A stretch of 60,749 nucleotides of DNA, the filler included, from Rhizaria sp. SCN 62-66 (Eukaryota), in NCBI GenBank assembly GCA_001724265.1. It is 2 parts of 2 records of this genome, joined end to end, with 100 filler letters (N's around TTAATTAATTAA, not from the genome) between each part and the next. Parts side by side here need not be neighbours in the genome. Positions count along the whole stretch, not along the records: positions 30,515 to 60,749 come from MEDY01000366.1; 1 more part is not named here. One strand, given 5' to 3'. The stretch's first letter is position 1, and the number at the start of each line of letters is the position of its first letter. A program made the translations under genes and the position numbers. Shown here in pieces: positions 36,900-48,200 of the stretch. A model generated the notes under the pieces. That model was not told the DNA's origin. It did no database searches and worked only from the letters and a program-made list of their open reading frames with translations.

Positions 36900-37306
36900 G
36901 GACCCCAAACGCTTGCCAGGCGGAATGCAAGCGGCTTAGCTCGGAAAGTTTTCCTAATAAAGTTATATATTTACATATACAGTTTGTGTGAGCGTTCTGC
37001 ATTTAGACACTTCTGGACAGTGTCAGTGGTACATCCATGGTTTTTGTCTCAGCCACAAACGCAACATGCGGTGCGACTAGCGTTGCTCTGGCGGATTTCA
37101 ACATACGGTGCCTTGCGTGGCATACGCATTCTCGACTCGCATGATTTTAGGATATTTTGTTATAGTAAAGCTTAAATAATACTTTAATTCTCACTGTCGC
37201 ATTGACGGACTATGTCGCTCAATCTCATTTCAATCCTGTTCGCTCTCAACACTCTTGTCCGTTGGGCTCGCTCCTCAACATCGCCCATACTCACAGGCTT
37301 CCTCAC

Positions 37307-37814
37307 ATGGCTGATGAGGACTTTGATGACTTCGAGCGCGGTCTCGCCGCACTGAACGCGCCCCAGTCTGCCTCTGAGAGCGCGACACCCGCCGTGGCGA
37401 CAGCCCCTGCTGCTGCCCCCGTAGCCGCATCGACTGCCGCAACAACCTCTGCAAGCACTGCTCCCACTGCTGCTGCTGCTGCTGCCACGACGACCAAGGC
37501 GCCCAGCATCCACCCGTCCCGCAGCGCCGTGTTGGCTGTTGGCGGGGCCGGCGCCGCTCCGGCCCGCATGATGCCCTCTGCGCTCGCCATCCGCCGCCCC
37601 GCTGGAGCCGCTGGTGTGCCGTCCGCGCTCGCCATCCGCCCCTCGTCAGTCTCCGCGGGCCCGGTCGCCGGCCCTGGCGCCGCGGTGGTGATGCGCCCCG
37701 CCGTGCTGGCTGCAGGCCCGCGCCCCGCTGCAGTCTCCGCGGCGACCGCGGCCGCGAGCGCTGCGACTGTGGGCAGCGCCGCCGCGGCCATCGCCGCAAG
37801 GGCCAAGCAGGCCG

Positions 37815-37845
<31 letters not shown>

Positions 37846-37938
37846 GCCGGGAGCAATCGGCCCGTCCGTGGGCCCGCTCCCGCTGTCGGTGGGGCCGTTA
37901 GCGGCCGGCGCGTGCACCGGCGGCGCTGAGACCGATTC

Positions 37939-37970
<32 letters not shown>

Positions 37971-38669
37971 CCAGCGGCGCTGGCGGCGCGGGTGCGGCTG
38001 CAGGTGGGCCGGCAGTGCACTTGCGCGCCGTGGCCGGCGAGGTCTGGGTCGACAGCACTCTCGACGAGTGGCCCGAGAGTACGTCTTCTATCTCTATGTC
38101 TCTTCGAACACAGCGTACTTGCGATGCGCGCTGACGTACTGTATATTGCGTGTTTGATACCAATCTAACTATATTTTGGATTAAGCTCACTTATTGTTTT
38201 TTTCTTTCTCAATTGTGGCATTATTCATTGTTTAGACGACTACCGCATCGTGGTGACGAATCTGGGCAACGACGCCAACGACGCGCTGCTCTACGCCGCC
38301 TTCAAGCACTACCCGTCGGTGGCCAAGGTGCGCGTTGTGCGCGACAAGCGCACCAACAAGGCGCGCGGCTACGGCTTTGTGTCCTTTCTGGCGCCGCTCG
38401 AGATGGCGCGCGCGCTGCGCGAGATGCCCGGCAAGTTGTGCGGCTCGCGCCCGATGAACGTCAAGCGCTGCGACACTGGCAAGCGCGACTTCCACGAGGG
38501 CGCGTACGGCGACGAGGCCGACGTGTACGCCGCAAAACTTGCGCGTGCGAGCGCGGCGGGGAGGCCCAAGCACGGCGCGCCCGGGGCCGGCGGCGATGGG
38601 GGCGATGGCGACGGCGCGCGGCCCGTCAAGCGTGGCCGCAACGCGTCGATGGCGTCGTTGTACCAGTGA
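37307..38669 (+). CDS. RBM42: RNA-binding protein RBM42-like (RRM); exons 37307-38078, 38236-38669
   Basis: RAVAGEVWVDSTLDEWPE|NDYRIVVTNLGND...AFKHYPS...VVRDKRTNKARGYGFVSF...ALREMPGKLCGSRPM is the RBM42 signature. Ends in TGA. Confidence 0.92.
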
Positions 38670-39146
38670 GCTCTTTTACACTGGAACTTGAATTCAAGTC
38701 AGAGAATAGGCCCGATATGGCCGTGTTGATTTTAAATAAAATAAACGTGATTGACCCACTTTATAGAAGCTTCTACACATTTTGCGCGCTCTCATTTCCT
38801 CATTGGTGACCGTGGGTAGGTTGTTTGTTGCTGTCCCACACAGTCTGTGCTAACTTGAAGTGCCTGTCATAACCGACTATTCATTGCCCAAACAACCATG
38901 AATTTAACTCTGTTACGCAGTAAACAAAGAAGTACAACTTTACTGATTATATTTGTACTTGATTATTGTGTGAGCTTCTCCTTCATCTCACCAATAGTAT
39001 GCTCGCTTGAACCAATCCGAGTCGGTGTTCAAGTTCTTGTCAGCCGTGCTCTATCATATGCTCACAAAGCATTCCCACACGATTGTCTGGCACGTTTAGC
39101 TTAGCTACTACATTAACACAAATTAATAGCGTGCGCAGTGGGCATA

Positions 39147-42100
39147 ATGTCTCTCTCCGGATCTCCACAATTGCAGCAGGCCTCTGCAGCAAGCCCAGTG
39201 ACGGATGAGGCGCTGTCGACGTATCTCGCCATTACAGCCAGCTCTGACATCGATGCTGCAATCTCGCTTCTTGAAAAGTTCAACAATAACGTATCCCGCG
39301 CAATTGCCGCCCATTATGCGGAGCAGGATCCTGTTCCGCCAGCCGCCGCTTCACGCATGAAGGCACGAGCAGCCTCGCTCCCGCCCGCCGCCGTGATCAC
39401 GACGCCCGCGCCTCCACCCACCGTCACTGCGCAGGCGGCGCGCTCCACAGACCAAGAAAATACGCATGAGTCACCGGTTGGGGACTCAGCGGCTTCATCA
39501 TCCTCACGTGATTTATCTTTGTCGTCGTCTGCATCGTCATCATCGGCAGAATCGTCCTCATCTTCACTGGCCCCGCAGCCCAGCGCCCAGCCACCGCGCC
39601 CACCTGCATTGCCCAACGCCAGCTCTGCCGCGCACGTGCCTTCTGCGGCGGCAATAAGCGCCGCAAGTGCCGAGCCCCGCAACGAGCGCCGCGGCATTTT
39701 CGGATCTCTCAAGCGCGCAGTCAAGGCCGTCTTCTCCGGCGGCAACGGCAGTCGCAGTGGTAGTCCCACCGTCTCGTGTGGCACGACTTCCTCCTCCGCC
39801 GCGCTCTCGCCAACCGCGGCATCCTTGGCTGGTCAGCCCCGCGCTGCGATGGGCGCGCCACCGGTTCCTCACACCGCGCCACCTCCCGCAGCGGTCGCAT
39901 CAGCTTCGGTTACTCCCACAAAGACGCTGCCCGCGCTGCTGCGCATTGCGGAGGCATCAACTAACGGCGGCGCGCTCGAGATCCGGCTTGGCCACGCGTC
40001 TTTCTCGGCGCCTCTGTCCGCGCTGGAGCCCGCTGCGCACCTGCCCCAGGTGCCGGTTGTGCTGCTGCAGCCATCGCCGCGGCTGATGCTGCCGGGCCCC
40101 GGCTCTGCAGCACCAGTGGTGCCAATCGCGCCGTCTCTACTGCCCGCCGCGCTGCTGCCGCGCGTGCTCGCGTCGCTGGACCCGGGCGGGCTGGCCGCCG
40201 CGCGCGCGACCGCGGTCGCGCTAACGGCTCTGCTGCCGCCGATCCCGGCTTCGCTATACACAGCCGCAGCCGCCGCTGCGCACACCGACCCGGCGTCCGC
40301 GAAGGCCGCGCCTTCGGGTCCTGAGTCAAGCGGACCTAACCTCAGCTCGCCGCGCAGTCTGCTTGCGGCGCACCCGCTACGGCTCAACTTCTTGCACGAG
40401 GGCTCGTTTGTTTCGGCCGTGCACGCTGCTTTCTACCCCGAGCTGAGCTGCACCGCGCTACCTGGAGCCGCTGCGCCACAGATTGCCGGTACAGCACCGG
40501 AAAAACTCGCTGAGAGTTACAACTGCGTTAAACCTTCGCTCCAACAACAAAAAGCGCTGCTGGTATACCTGCATGAGTCAGGCTCAGCGGATTGTGAGCG
40601 CTTTGTGCGTGACTTTCTCGCGCCTGCTTGCGCGCCGTTGGACGCCGCACTTCCTCCCAACGCGCCATTCTCGAGCTGTTTCCGCCGCTTTGCTCTTGAC
40701 GCAGGAGTTGTGTTCTGGGCTGGTGACGTAAAACCGCCGCGGCCGCCTGCGCTGTCACAATCAAAGACGCCGCCACAGTCGCCGCCGAAGACTGCTACAA
40801 CTCTATCCGCGCAACCAAAAGCGACGTCGGTAGACTCGTCGTCATCGCTCGCAACGTCATCACAGCCACTACAAAAGGCCAAGTCACTGCCATTTCGGGG
40901 CGTTTGCTCGCCTCCGCGGGCAGCGCATTCCAGCGCGACAACAACAATGCGTGTTGCAAGTGTGAAAGCCGCACCGGCTGCAGCACCCGCTGCGCCCGCG
41001 CCTGTGGCTGTCTCCGCGGCGGCTGTGGCGCGCGCCCTTGGGGTAACCACATTTCCGTGCTTGGCCTTGTTTGTGGACGAGGGCGACAGCGCTGGTAATG
41101 CCAGCACCGCCGCGTGGCGTGTCGAGCGTGTCACTGCTGCTGCGGAAGAGGTTGCGCGCGCGCGGAGCGGTTCCCATGTCATTAACAAGGGAATGCAGCA
41201 GGCGCCGGAAGAGGAGGAGGACGGCTCTGTTGCCGAGGAAGGTCGCCCCCGCGGGGCCACGGGCATCAACGGAGCACTGGATGCAGCTGCCGCAAGCGAG
41301 CACGATAAGTGCGGTTCATGGGGCGCCGCGGGCCGGCTGCATGTCAACCAGTTGCTGCCCCCTGCGCCGCGGCTGCACCTGTTGGGTTGCTACCACGGAC
41401 CGGCGCTCTTCCGTGCGCACACTCTGCCACCCGCCACGGGTCCCGGCGCGCTCACGGCCGCGGGCATGCGCGTGCACATCGCCACCTCAGACGCCGCCGC
41501 GGGGCGCGAGCCTTGGGCCGGCCGCACTGCGCGGCCCTCGCCTGCAGTCACGCCCGCGTCGTCCGCGCCTGCGTCGGCGACCACCTCGCGCGCGCCGTCG
41601 CCTGCGCCCGGGCCGGGGACAGCAAAGGGTGACAACGCGCAGGCGGCGCCAATTGTTGTGATGGCAGCGCTAACAGATGCGCTCGCTGCCGCATTGCTGG
41701 GTCACCGCTTCGCGCTCGAAACAAAGGCAGAAGACGCTGCGGCGGCCGTGCGGGGGCGCGCGTTGCGACTAGAGCAAAACAAGGAGTATGGCGAAGCAGA
41801 ACAGCGCGACCGCGCGATTCTCGAGGCTGCTGATCGCAGGGAGCGCGCTGAGAGTGACGCGGCCGCCGCCGCCGCCGCGGTCAGGGAAGTGTTGGGTGTG
41901 TCTCGTGCGACCAACTCCAACGATAGTTTTGCCGAGAGCGCACTTGCCGCTGCCGCAGCCGCTACTGCGCTGGAAGACAATGAGGAGAACGGCGCTTATA
42001 CGCAAGACCTGTTGTCTGAAAAGTGCAGCTTAAACCGTGGTTGTGATGATGACAACGATTCCAAGACAGACGAATCGGTAAATTTGTCAAACATCAAGCT

Positions 42101-43331
42101 CGAAATGCCTTTTGTGTCGGGCTCACCTAGTGCACGGTCCCCAGCGTTGCTCTCACACACGCAAGCTGGTGGACACGTGCGCACGCGTTCGCAGTCGCAG
42201 CTCTCGCCCGCATTGCAAGCGGGCGCTGGTGGCGCTGCGCCAGGCCCCGGACCTTCATCGCGAGCGCACCACGGCCGCAACGCTTCTGGCTCGACGCCAC
42301 TGGCGTTGGTTCCCGCAGCACAGCAGCCTGGGACACCGGTGGCCGTGATCGAGGCAGTTTTAGCGCGATCTGCAGGCGCCGCGTCAGTGGACCCCACGCG
42401 CTTGCTCGAGCGCCTGCAGTCACGTGCGCATGCCTCTCGCACGCGCGCTCTTGCAAGTTCTGCGTGTGCGCGCGCCTGGACGTACTCGCGTGCCACACTT
42501 GCCCCCGCGCTGCGCACGGCACTTGCTGAACGTGCTGATTGTGCTGCCAATTCAACAGGCAGCGTGCGTGTGTGCGTTGTAACGGGTGATGGCACACGCC
42601 TTGAGCGCGCCTTTATGCCCGATGCGCCTGCAGCTGCGTTGGTGTGGTGGATGCTGCTGTTAGCATTGGCTCCAGAGGTCGGCACATCTAACTCGCTTGC
42701 GGTAGAGCTTGCAAATCCCGCTTTTATGGCTGCCGCCAAGGCAGCGGCAAACACGCTTAGCACAGCGGCGGCCGACAAAGTCGCGGCGTGCGCGCTTGCG
42801 CTGGGACTCAACGGTGCTGCTGGCGCGCTCGAGGCCGAGGAGGAGGCGTGCGTGCCGCTATGGGCGCCGTGGACCGCATTGTACGGTGCGGAAAACAGCG
42901 ACATCAGCAACAGCTGTGATGTAACTCAGCGCCTCTCTAGGGCGGCGAACGCGGAGCAGGACAGTGAAGCAGCTTTAGCTGCGGTGGCTGGGGCTGCCGG
43001 TGGTGTTGAAGGCCGCTCGACTGCGGCTGCGTCAGCGCTGCGCTCGCTAGGCTTGCTTCCCGGTGCCAATGACGCGGACGTTACCGCGCGCGCATCAGTA
43101 GCAGTGGCGGCCGCATTGCTGCCACTGAGGGTATTCTCGCTCGCGCCCCGTGCCGGACCCGGCGGCGGGCTGAAGCGGACTGTGCGCGCGAGCTGGGAGT
43201 GCCTGCCGGGTGCTCTTGGTGACGCCGGTGGGGGTGCATTGCTGTGGCCGGTGCGCAACTTAGGCACTCGTGTGCTGCTAATGCTGCACGTAGACGATGA
43301 TGACCATACAGACATCAAGACGATGAAATGA
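39147..43331 (+). CDS. UBA-UAS-coiled coil-UBX protein (FAF1/FAF2-like p97 adaptor) expanded by low-complexity inserts
   Basis: UBA-like AAISLLEKFNNNVSRAIAAHY; UAS-like EGSFVSAV..KALLVYLH..FWAGDV..ARALGVTTFPCLAL; LRLEQNKEY coil; UBX-like GDGTRLERAF. Single exon; ends in TGA. Confidence 0.8.
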   Translation: MSLSGSPQLQQASAASPVTDEALSTYLAITASSDIDAAISLLEKFNNNVSRAIAAHYAEQDPVPPAAASRMKARAASLPPAAVITTPAPPPTVTAQAARSTDQENTHESPVGDSAASSSSRDLSLSSSASSSSAESSSSSLAPQPSAQPPRPPALPNASSAAHVPSAAAISAASAEPRNERRGIFGSLKRAVKAVFSGGNGSRSGSPTVSCGTTSSSAALSPTAASLAGQPRAAMGAPPVPHTAPPPAAVASASVTPTKTLPALLRIAEASTNGGALEIRLGHASFSAPLSALEPAAHLPQVPVVLLQPSPRLMLPGPGSAAPVVPIAPSLLPAALLPRVLASLDPGGLAAARATAVALTALLPPIPASLYTAAAAAAHTDPASAKAAPSGPESSGPNLSSPRSLLAAHPLRLNFLHEGSFVSAVHAAFYPELSCTALPGAAAPQIAGTAPEKLAESYNCVKPSLQQQKALLVYLHESGSADCERFVRDFLAPACAPLDAALPPNAPFSSCFRRFALDAGVVFWAGDVKPPRPPALSQSKTPPQSPPKTATTLSAQPKATSVDSSSSLATSSQPLQKAKSLPFRGVCSPPRAAHSSATTTMRVASVKAAPAAAPAAPAPVAVSAAAVARALGVTTFPCLALFVDEGDSAGNASTAAWRVERVTAAAEEVARARSGSHVINKGMQQAPEEEEDGSVAEEGRPRGATGINGALDAAAASEHDKCGSWGAAGRLHVNQLLPPAPRLHLLGCYHGPALFRAHTLPPATGPGALTAAGMRVHIATSDAAAGREPWAGRTARPSPAVTPASSAPASATTSRAPSPAPGPGTAKGDNAQAAPIVVMAALTDALAAALLGHRFALETKAEDAAAAVRGRALRLEQNKEYGEAEQRDRAILEAADRRERAESDAAAAAAAVREVLGVSRATNSNDSFAESALAAAAAATALEDNEENGAYTQDLLSEKCSLNRGCDDDNDSKTDESVNLSNIKLEMPFVSGSPSARSPALLSHTQAGGHVRTRSQSQLSPALQAGAGGAAPGPGPSSRAHHGRNASGSTPLALVPAAQQPGTPVAVIEAVLARSAGAASVDPTRLLERLQSRAHASRTRALASSACARAWTYSRATLAPALRTALAERADCAANSTGSVRVCVVTGDGTRLERAFMPDAPAAALVWWMLLLALAPEVGTSNSLAVELANPAFMAAAKAAANTLSTAAADKVAACALALGLNGAAGALEAEEEACVPLWAPWTALYGAENSDISNSCDVTQRLSRAANAEQDSEAALAAVAGAAGGVEGRSTAAASALRSLGLLPGANDADVTARASVAVAAALLPLRVFSLAPRAGPGGGLKRTVRASWECLPGALGDAGGGALLWPVRNLGTRVLLMLHVDDDDHTDIKTMK

Positions 43332-43815
43332 ACTACCAAACTTTCTTTAGTACTAAAACACGGCACTGTCGCGCTTTATGAACGTCACAGCAGCGAGGCC
43401 AACATCGGGTTTAAGTTAACATTTAATTTTCTAAATCGTTTTGTGAAAAAAACAACTATGATAAGGGGGGAATACAGCAACATTTGACACGAAATAACTG
43501 TGTATTATGTGCATGGTGATGCTCGTGAGCACCATGGCCCGATTCAAGAGTCGGAGAAGCATCAAACAGTCATCGCAACTAATGAAGCACACATATGCAG
43601 CAGGTTGCGTCAACACACATGGGCATTTATAACGCAAGCCAGTGCTTGCGAATTAGGGTGTTCATAGTTATATGAAAACAACTGCACAAAACTAAGTAGT
43701 GGCGGATATGCCTGCGGATACACTCGTGTGGATATACATCCAAACGTGGATCAACGTGAACGTGGACCGCGGCGCACATCGTGTGGCGCACAGCGTGACG
43801 CGTCAGACGGCGGAC

Positions 43816-44625
43816 TCAACAGTGCTTGAGGTTGAGGCCGCAGAAGGACGCGGTGAAGGAGTAGAGAATGAAGAGTCCGAGCAGGCAGCCGATGAGCTTG
43901 AGCTTCGCGTCCGCCCAGCAAAGGCGGCGGCGCATCTGGCGCGAGGAGCGCTTCAGCCGCTCTGTCGAGTCCAGCAGCGTGCCTGGGGCGAGCGAGAACA
44001 AAGCAGGTAGAGCAAGTCATGTGGGAAAGAAGGGAAGGAGAGGGGAAGAGATAAGCCAGCGTTGGGGGACATGATTAAAGAGTCAGTCATGAACCAAACA
44101 AAGAGTCGCGGATTTGATAGAAAACGTACTGGCAGTGTCTGCAATGGCGTTAAGGTCGGTGTTGCGCTTGACGGCGAGCTCGACGTTGTCGGTGAGGACG
44201 ACACGGAGCTCGTCGAGGCTCGTCTGCGCGCGGGCAACCTTGTCCGAGTCGTCAGGGTTCGAGTACTGCTCGACCTTGGCCGAAAGCTTGGCGCCAAACT
44301 GGGCCTTGACGATCGAGTCGCTCAGCGACGCGGGGTCCTCGAACTGCTTCGTGAAGGCCTCGGCGACGTCGTTGATGAAGAAGAACGGCATCTGCTTGCC
44401 GTAGGCCTCGTCCGACATCGCGCAATACCACATGTCGGCGCCCTTGGCGCTGAAGGAGAAGACGTGTCCCTGAAGGTTAAACGTGACCTCCTTGTCGCTG
44501 GAGCGCTGGGCCTTGCTCAGCAGCTTCACCGCCGTCGCGCGGAAGTCACCCGTGAAGCGAGGGTTGGTGTGGTCAGCCAGAATGCGCTCGCCGCACGCGA
44601 GAAGCGCGTAAATGACGGACGGCAT
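43816..44625 (-). CDS. VAMP7: Longin R-SNARE, VAMP7-like; exons 44625-44130, 43982-43816
   Basis: Longin domain (VIYALLACGERILADH...YCAMSDEAYGKQMPFFFINDV), SNARE motif DELRVVLTDNVELAVKR, then RRRLCW and a C-terminal TM. Ends in TGA. Confidence 0.88.
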
Positions 44626-45249
44626 GACTACACTTTGAGATAAATAGAAAACAATACACGGGTAATCACAACATATAGTTTTAAAAAAATGTGAACACTT
44701 TGTCAATGACATGCTTGGTAGAGCTGTAGACGGTCGGATATTTGCTTCGTCAGACGTTGTCAAGAAGAGACAGTCTGCTTTAACTCAACAGGCGACAGGG
44801 GCCTCTCAACACAGCTCTAAGAAGCTACATTATAAAAGTCGAATATTATACATATAATAACATCTGGTGTCGAAATTGCACGCTGTTATTATGGCTGTGT
44901 CTCTCGCAGTGCTTGCTTGGTTTCAACACGCCCCCTCGCCCCAACCCACAGCCACAAGCAAAAAAAACAGACTCGAAAAAGCATGTTGCATTTGATACGC
45001 CCACCAGTCATTTGGATTACAGCTTTAAACAGTTTTCCATGAGTTAACAAGGCCTGATATGCACCACAACTCAATAATAAATTCGAGTATGACAACTATC
45101 GACCCGTGGTCAATGCTGACATAAACTTGCAACGCGTGAAAGCGCACTCGAGGTGACGAAAATAACAAACTATGTATGCAAGACGAATAGTAAGTGTGAG
45201 TCAGTTAATGAATCAAATCATACGAATGTTTGACGCCTGTGCAAGCGCA

Positions 45250-48200
45250 TCATTTCTGCTGCATGTTCCAGGCGTTGGCGAGTGACTGCAGTCGGCGTCC
45301 CACTGGCGGCGCAGCGAGTGTGCCAAACTGGAACGACATCATAGGAACGATAGCGGGCGCCGCCTGAACTGCAGTGCCAGGCGGGCCCGCGGCGCGACGC
45401 TGCGGGACGCCCGCGGCAGGAGCGGGCGCAGCGTCAGCCTGGTGGCGCGCGTGCCACATAGCCTCCTCCAGCGCTGCGTTGCCACCGTCGCGGAAGTGGC
45501 CAGTGGGCTGCAGGAACCTGGGGCCGCCGCAGCCGGGCCGACTGACGCCAGCGCCCGCAGACGCAGACTCTGCAGCAGCCAGCGCCACGCTCATGGGCTG
45601 CAGGTCGCGGCCCTTGCTGCGCGTCATCGGCCGCGCGCCAACAGCTGACGACGTCGGCTTTGTTGTCGTCGCAGTCGTGGCAGAAGTTGGGGCAACAGCA
45701 CCTGTGGCAGGGTGAGGCGCGTGCACCGGCAGCGAACGCAGCCCGCTCGTGCCAGGTGCAGCCACTGAAACAGGACCAGAGCGGACGGGCACAAGTGCGG
45801 GGCCAGCCGCGGCCAGCACTGGCGGCAACATCAACGGGACTGCTGAGCGGCTTTGTTGCTGCATAGCGACCGTGAGCGGCACATGCGTGGGGCCGCGCGA
45901 GCCCGCGCCTCGCGCCGACTGTGCGGCACTAGCGGTCTGCGAGCGGACTAAGGAGCTCGCTGCGCGGGACGGCGCGGTCACGGGTGGCGCGGAGCCTGTC
46001 GATAGCGCTGCAAGCGCCGACGTGAGGCGCAGGGGGGGCGGCGCGGGCGCGACGGGGGCGTGGCCAATAGTAGCGAACAACAGCGCGCGGTCGTGCTGGT
46101 GGCGTAGCGTGACTGCCTCGGCAACAGCGGCAGCAGTGGCGCGCGGGGCGGCGCCCGCAGCGCGCACGCGCGGCGGCGGGCGACGCGGCCAGGGCGGCAG
46201 CGGCTCGGCGCCCAGGGTGGGCGAAGGCGGACGGAAAGGCGCATCAAGTGAGTCCCCGCCAGCCACCAAGTGCGGGGGCAACTCCAAGGGCGATACCCAC
46301 GGGTCATGGCACACGCACTCGCACGCACATTCAGGGAGCTCTGTGTCTGTGGTCGCAGCGCCTTGATCTACCCAGGGTGACGGCAGCTGCTCAGTTGGGT
46401 CGAAAGACTCGCTGCTTCTCGCTCCATCGCTATGATCTGCAGTATCAGTGCGTTGCTGTTCGCGGATACTCTTCTGCAAACGCTCATGAGAAATATGAGT
46501 CGCGTTGCACTGTGCGCACCAGCGACCAGCATCGCCAAGAGTACCCCACGTGTCCTTTGTCGTGATCTTGCTGTGAGTAACGGAAACAACCGCGGCACTC
46601 GCACCAGACATCGCAGCCCCTGCGGTAAGAAGCGAAGACGCCTTGCCCGCGGCAGTGCCGCCTGATGCAGCAGCTTCAGCCGCGGCAGCAGCGGCAAGAG
46701 CTGCAGCAGCCGCAGCAGCTGCGGTGGGCGCGGCTTCAGGGTCCGTCAGAGCAGCCACGGCCTCGCGTTTCAGCGCCGTGAAGGCTTCATTCTTGGCAGC
46801 GCGGGGGGCGCTCAACCGCACAACTGCGTGTGGCTCGCCCAACGCGGCCAACCGCGCTGTAACCGCAGCACAAAGTGCAAGAGCACGGGGCAGTGATGGG
46901 CGGCGCAGTACAACGTCAACGAAGACTGAGTCTTGTGTCGAGGAGGGATAAATGGTGCGGACAGTCACGTCGCTAAGGTTAAGCGGCTCGTCGTCACCCA
47001 CAGGCGGCGCAGAACTGCTTGAAGGTCCTGTCACAGGTACTGGAGCGGTACCTGGTCGCGAGACAGGGGTCGGGTTAATCAAGCGCTGCAGAGTCCCGGC
47101 GGCGTCAGCTTCCGCGCGTTGGCGCTGGACAAGTGCGGATGAGCTGTCACTCGCTGCACTGGAGGGTGACCTGACGTCTACAGACGTCTTTGGGGCATCA
47201 AAACTTGCCCTTCTGACAGCCGCTCGAGCTGCCACAGCTGCACTCTCAGAGCCGCTCAGGTGCGATCTGCCGGATGTGTCCGATGTGACTTCAATCTCAC
47301 CGCCCGAAGCGACCTCGGCAGCAATAGCACGCTGCGCGAGCTCGTGTAGCTCGGGCGGCAGAGGCACGCCGTGACGCAGGGGCCGCAACGCAGCCGCAAG
47401 AGCGCGGGCAGCCGCAGCGCCGGGGTCGACGGCGCTGCGGAGTGTAGCCAGCAGCGCGCGCGGTGCCAACGTGTGAAGTCGCTGCAAACGGTCGACACGC
47501 AACACCAGCCCGGCCGGTTCTGCCGCCGCAGCAGCAGCCGAAGCGCTAAGCCCAAGTGAGGTGCCCATGCCACCATGCGCGCCCGGTGAGCTTGGGAGCG
47601 CTGGCTGCACTGCTCCCAGCTGGCTACCGTCAGCAGAGTCAAACTTCGCCGGCTCAAACTTCGCCGGCTCATCATTGTTCTCAACAGCTCCCGACGACGC
47701 TGGGGACGTGATGCGCACTGCGTGCTGTAGCGCACGGGCAGGCGTCTCGAGCACTGTCTGCATAACGCGGACGAGCATCGCATCCCCCGCTGTCGCGTGA
47801 ATCGGCTCACAAATCTGCACCAGCGTCGGGAGCGGCATCTCCAGCGTGCACGGTGCATCGGGCGCCTGCGGCGGCGTCTGCGCCGAGCGTGTGTGCGCGC
47901 CCTTAGGTGAGCCTGATGACGCAGCGGAGGCGGACGACGGGTACGACGAAAGCGAAGGCAGCACGCTGTCGTCAAGCCCTGCGGTGGCGCGCGGCAGCGG
48001 CTCCAGCATTGGCTCATCAGCCGCAGTGGGCGGCCGCGACAACACAACTGACGGACGCCGGGAGCCGCCCGCCATCAGGGGCATGGCCAAGGCAAGACCA
48101 AGGCTCGGGCGGCGCGCTGCCTGCAGCGACATGCGCAACTGCGCAGACGCAGACGCAGCCTTTGGACTCGGTGGAGCTGGCGTGGCGGCGGCGGCAAGTC

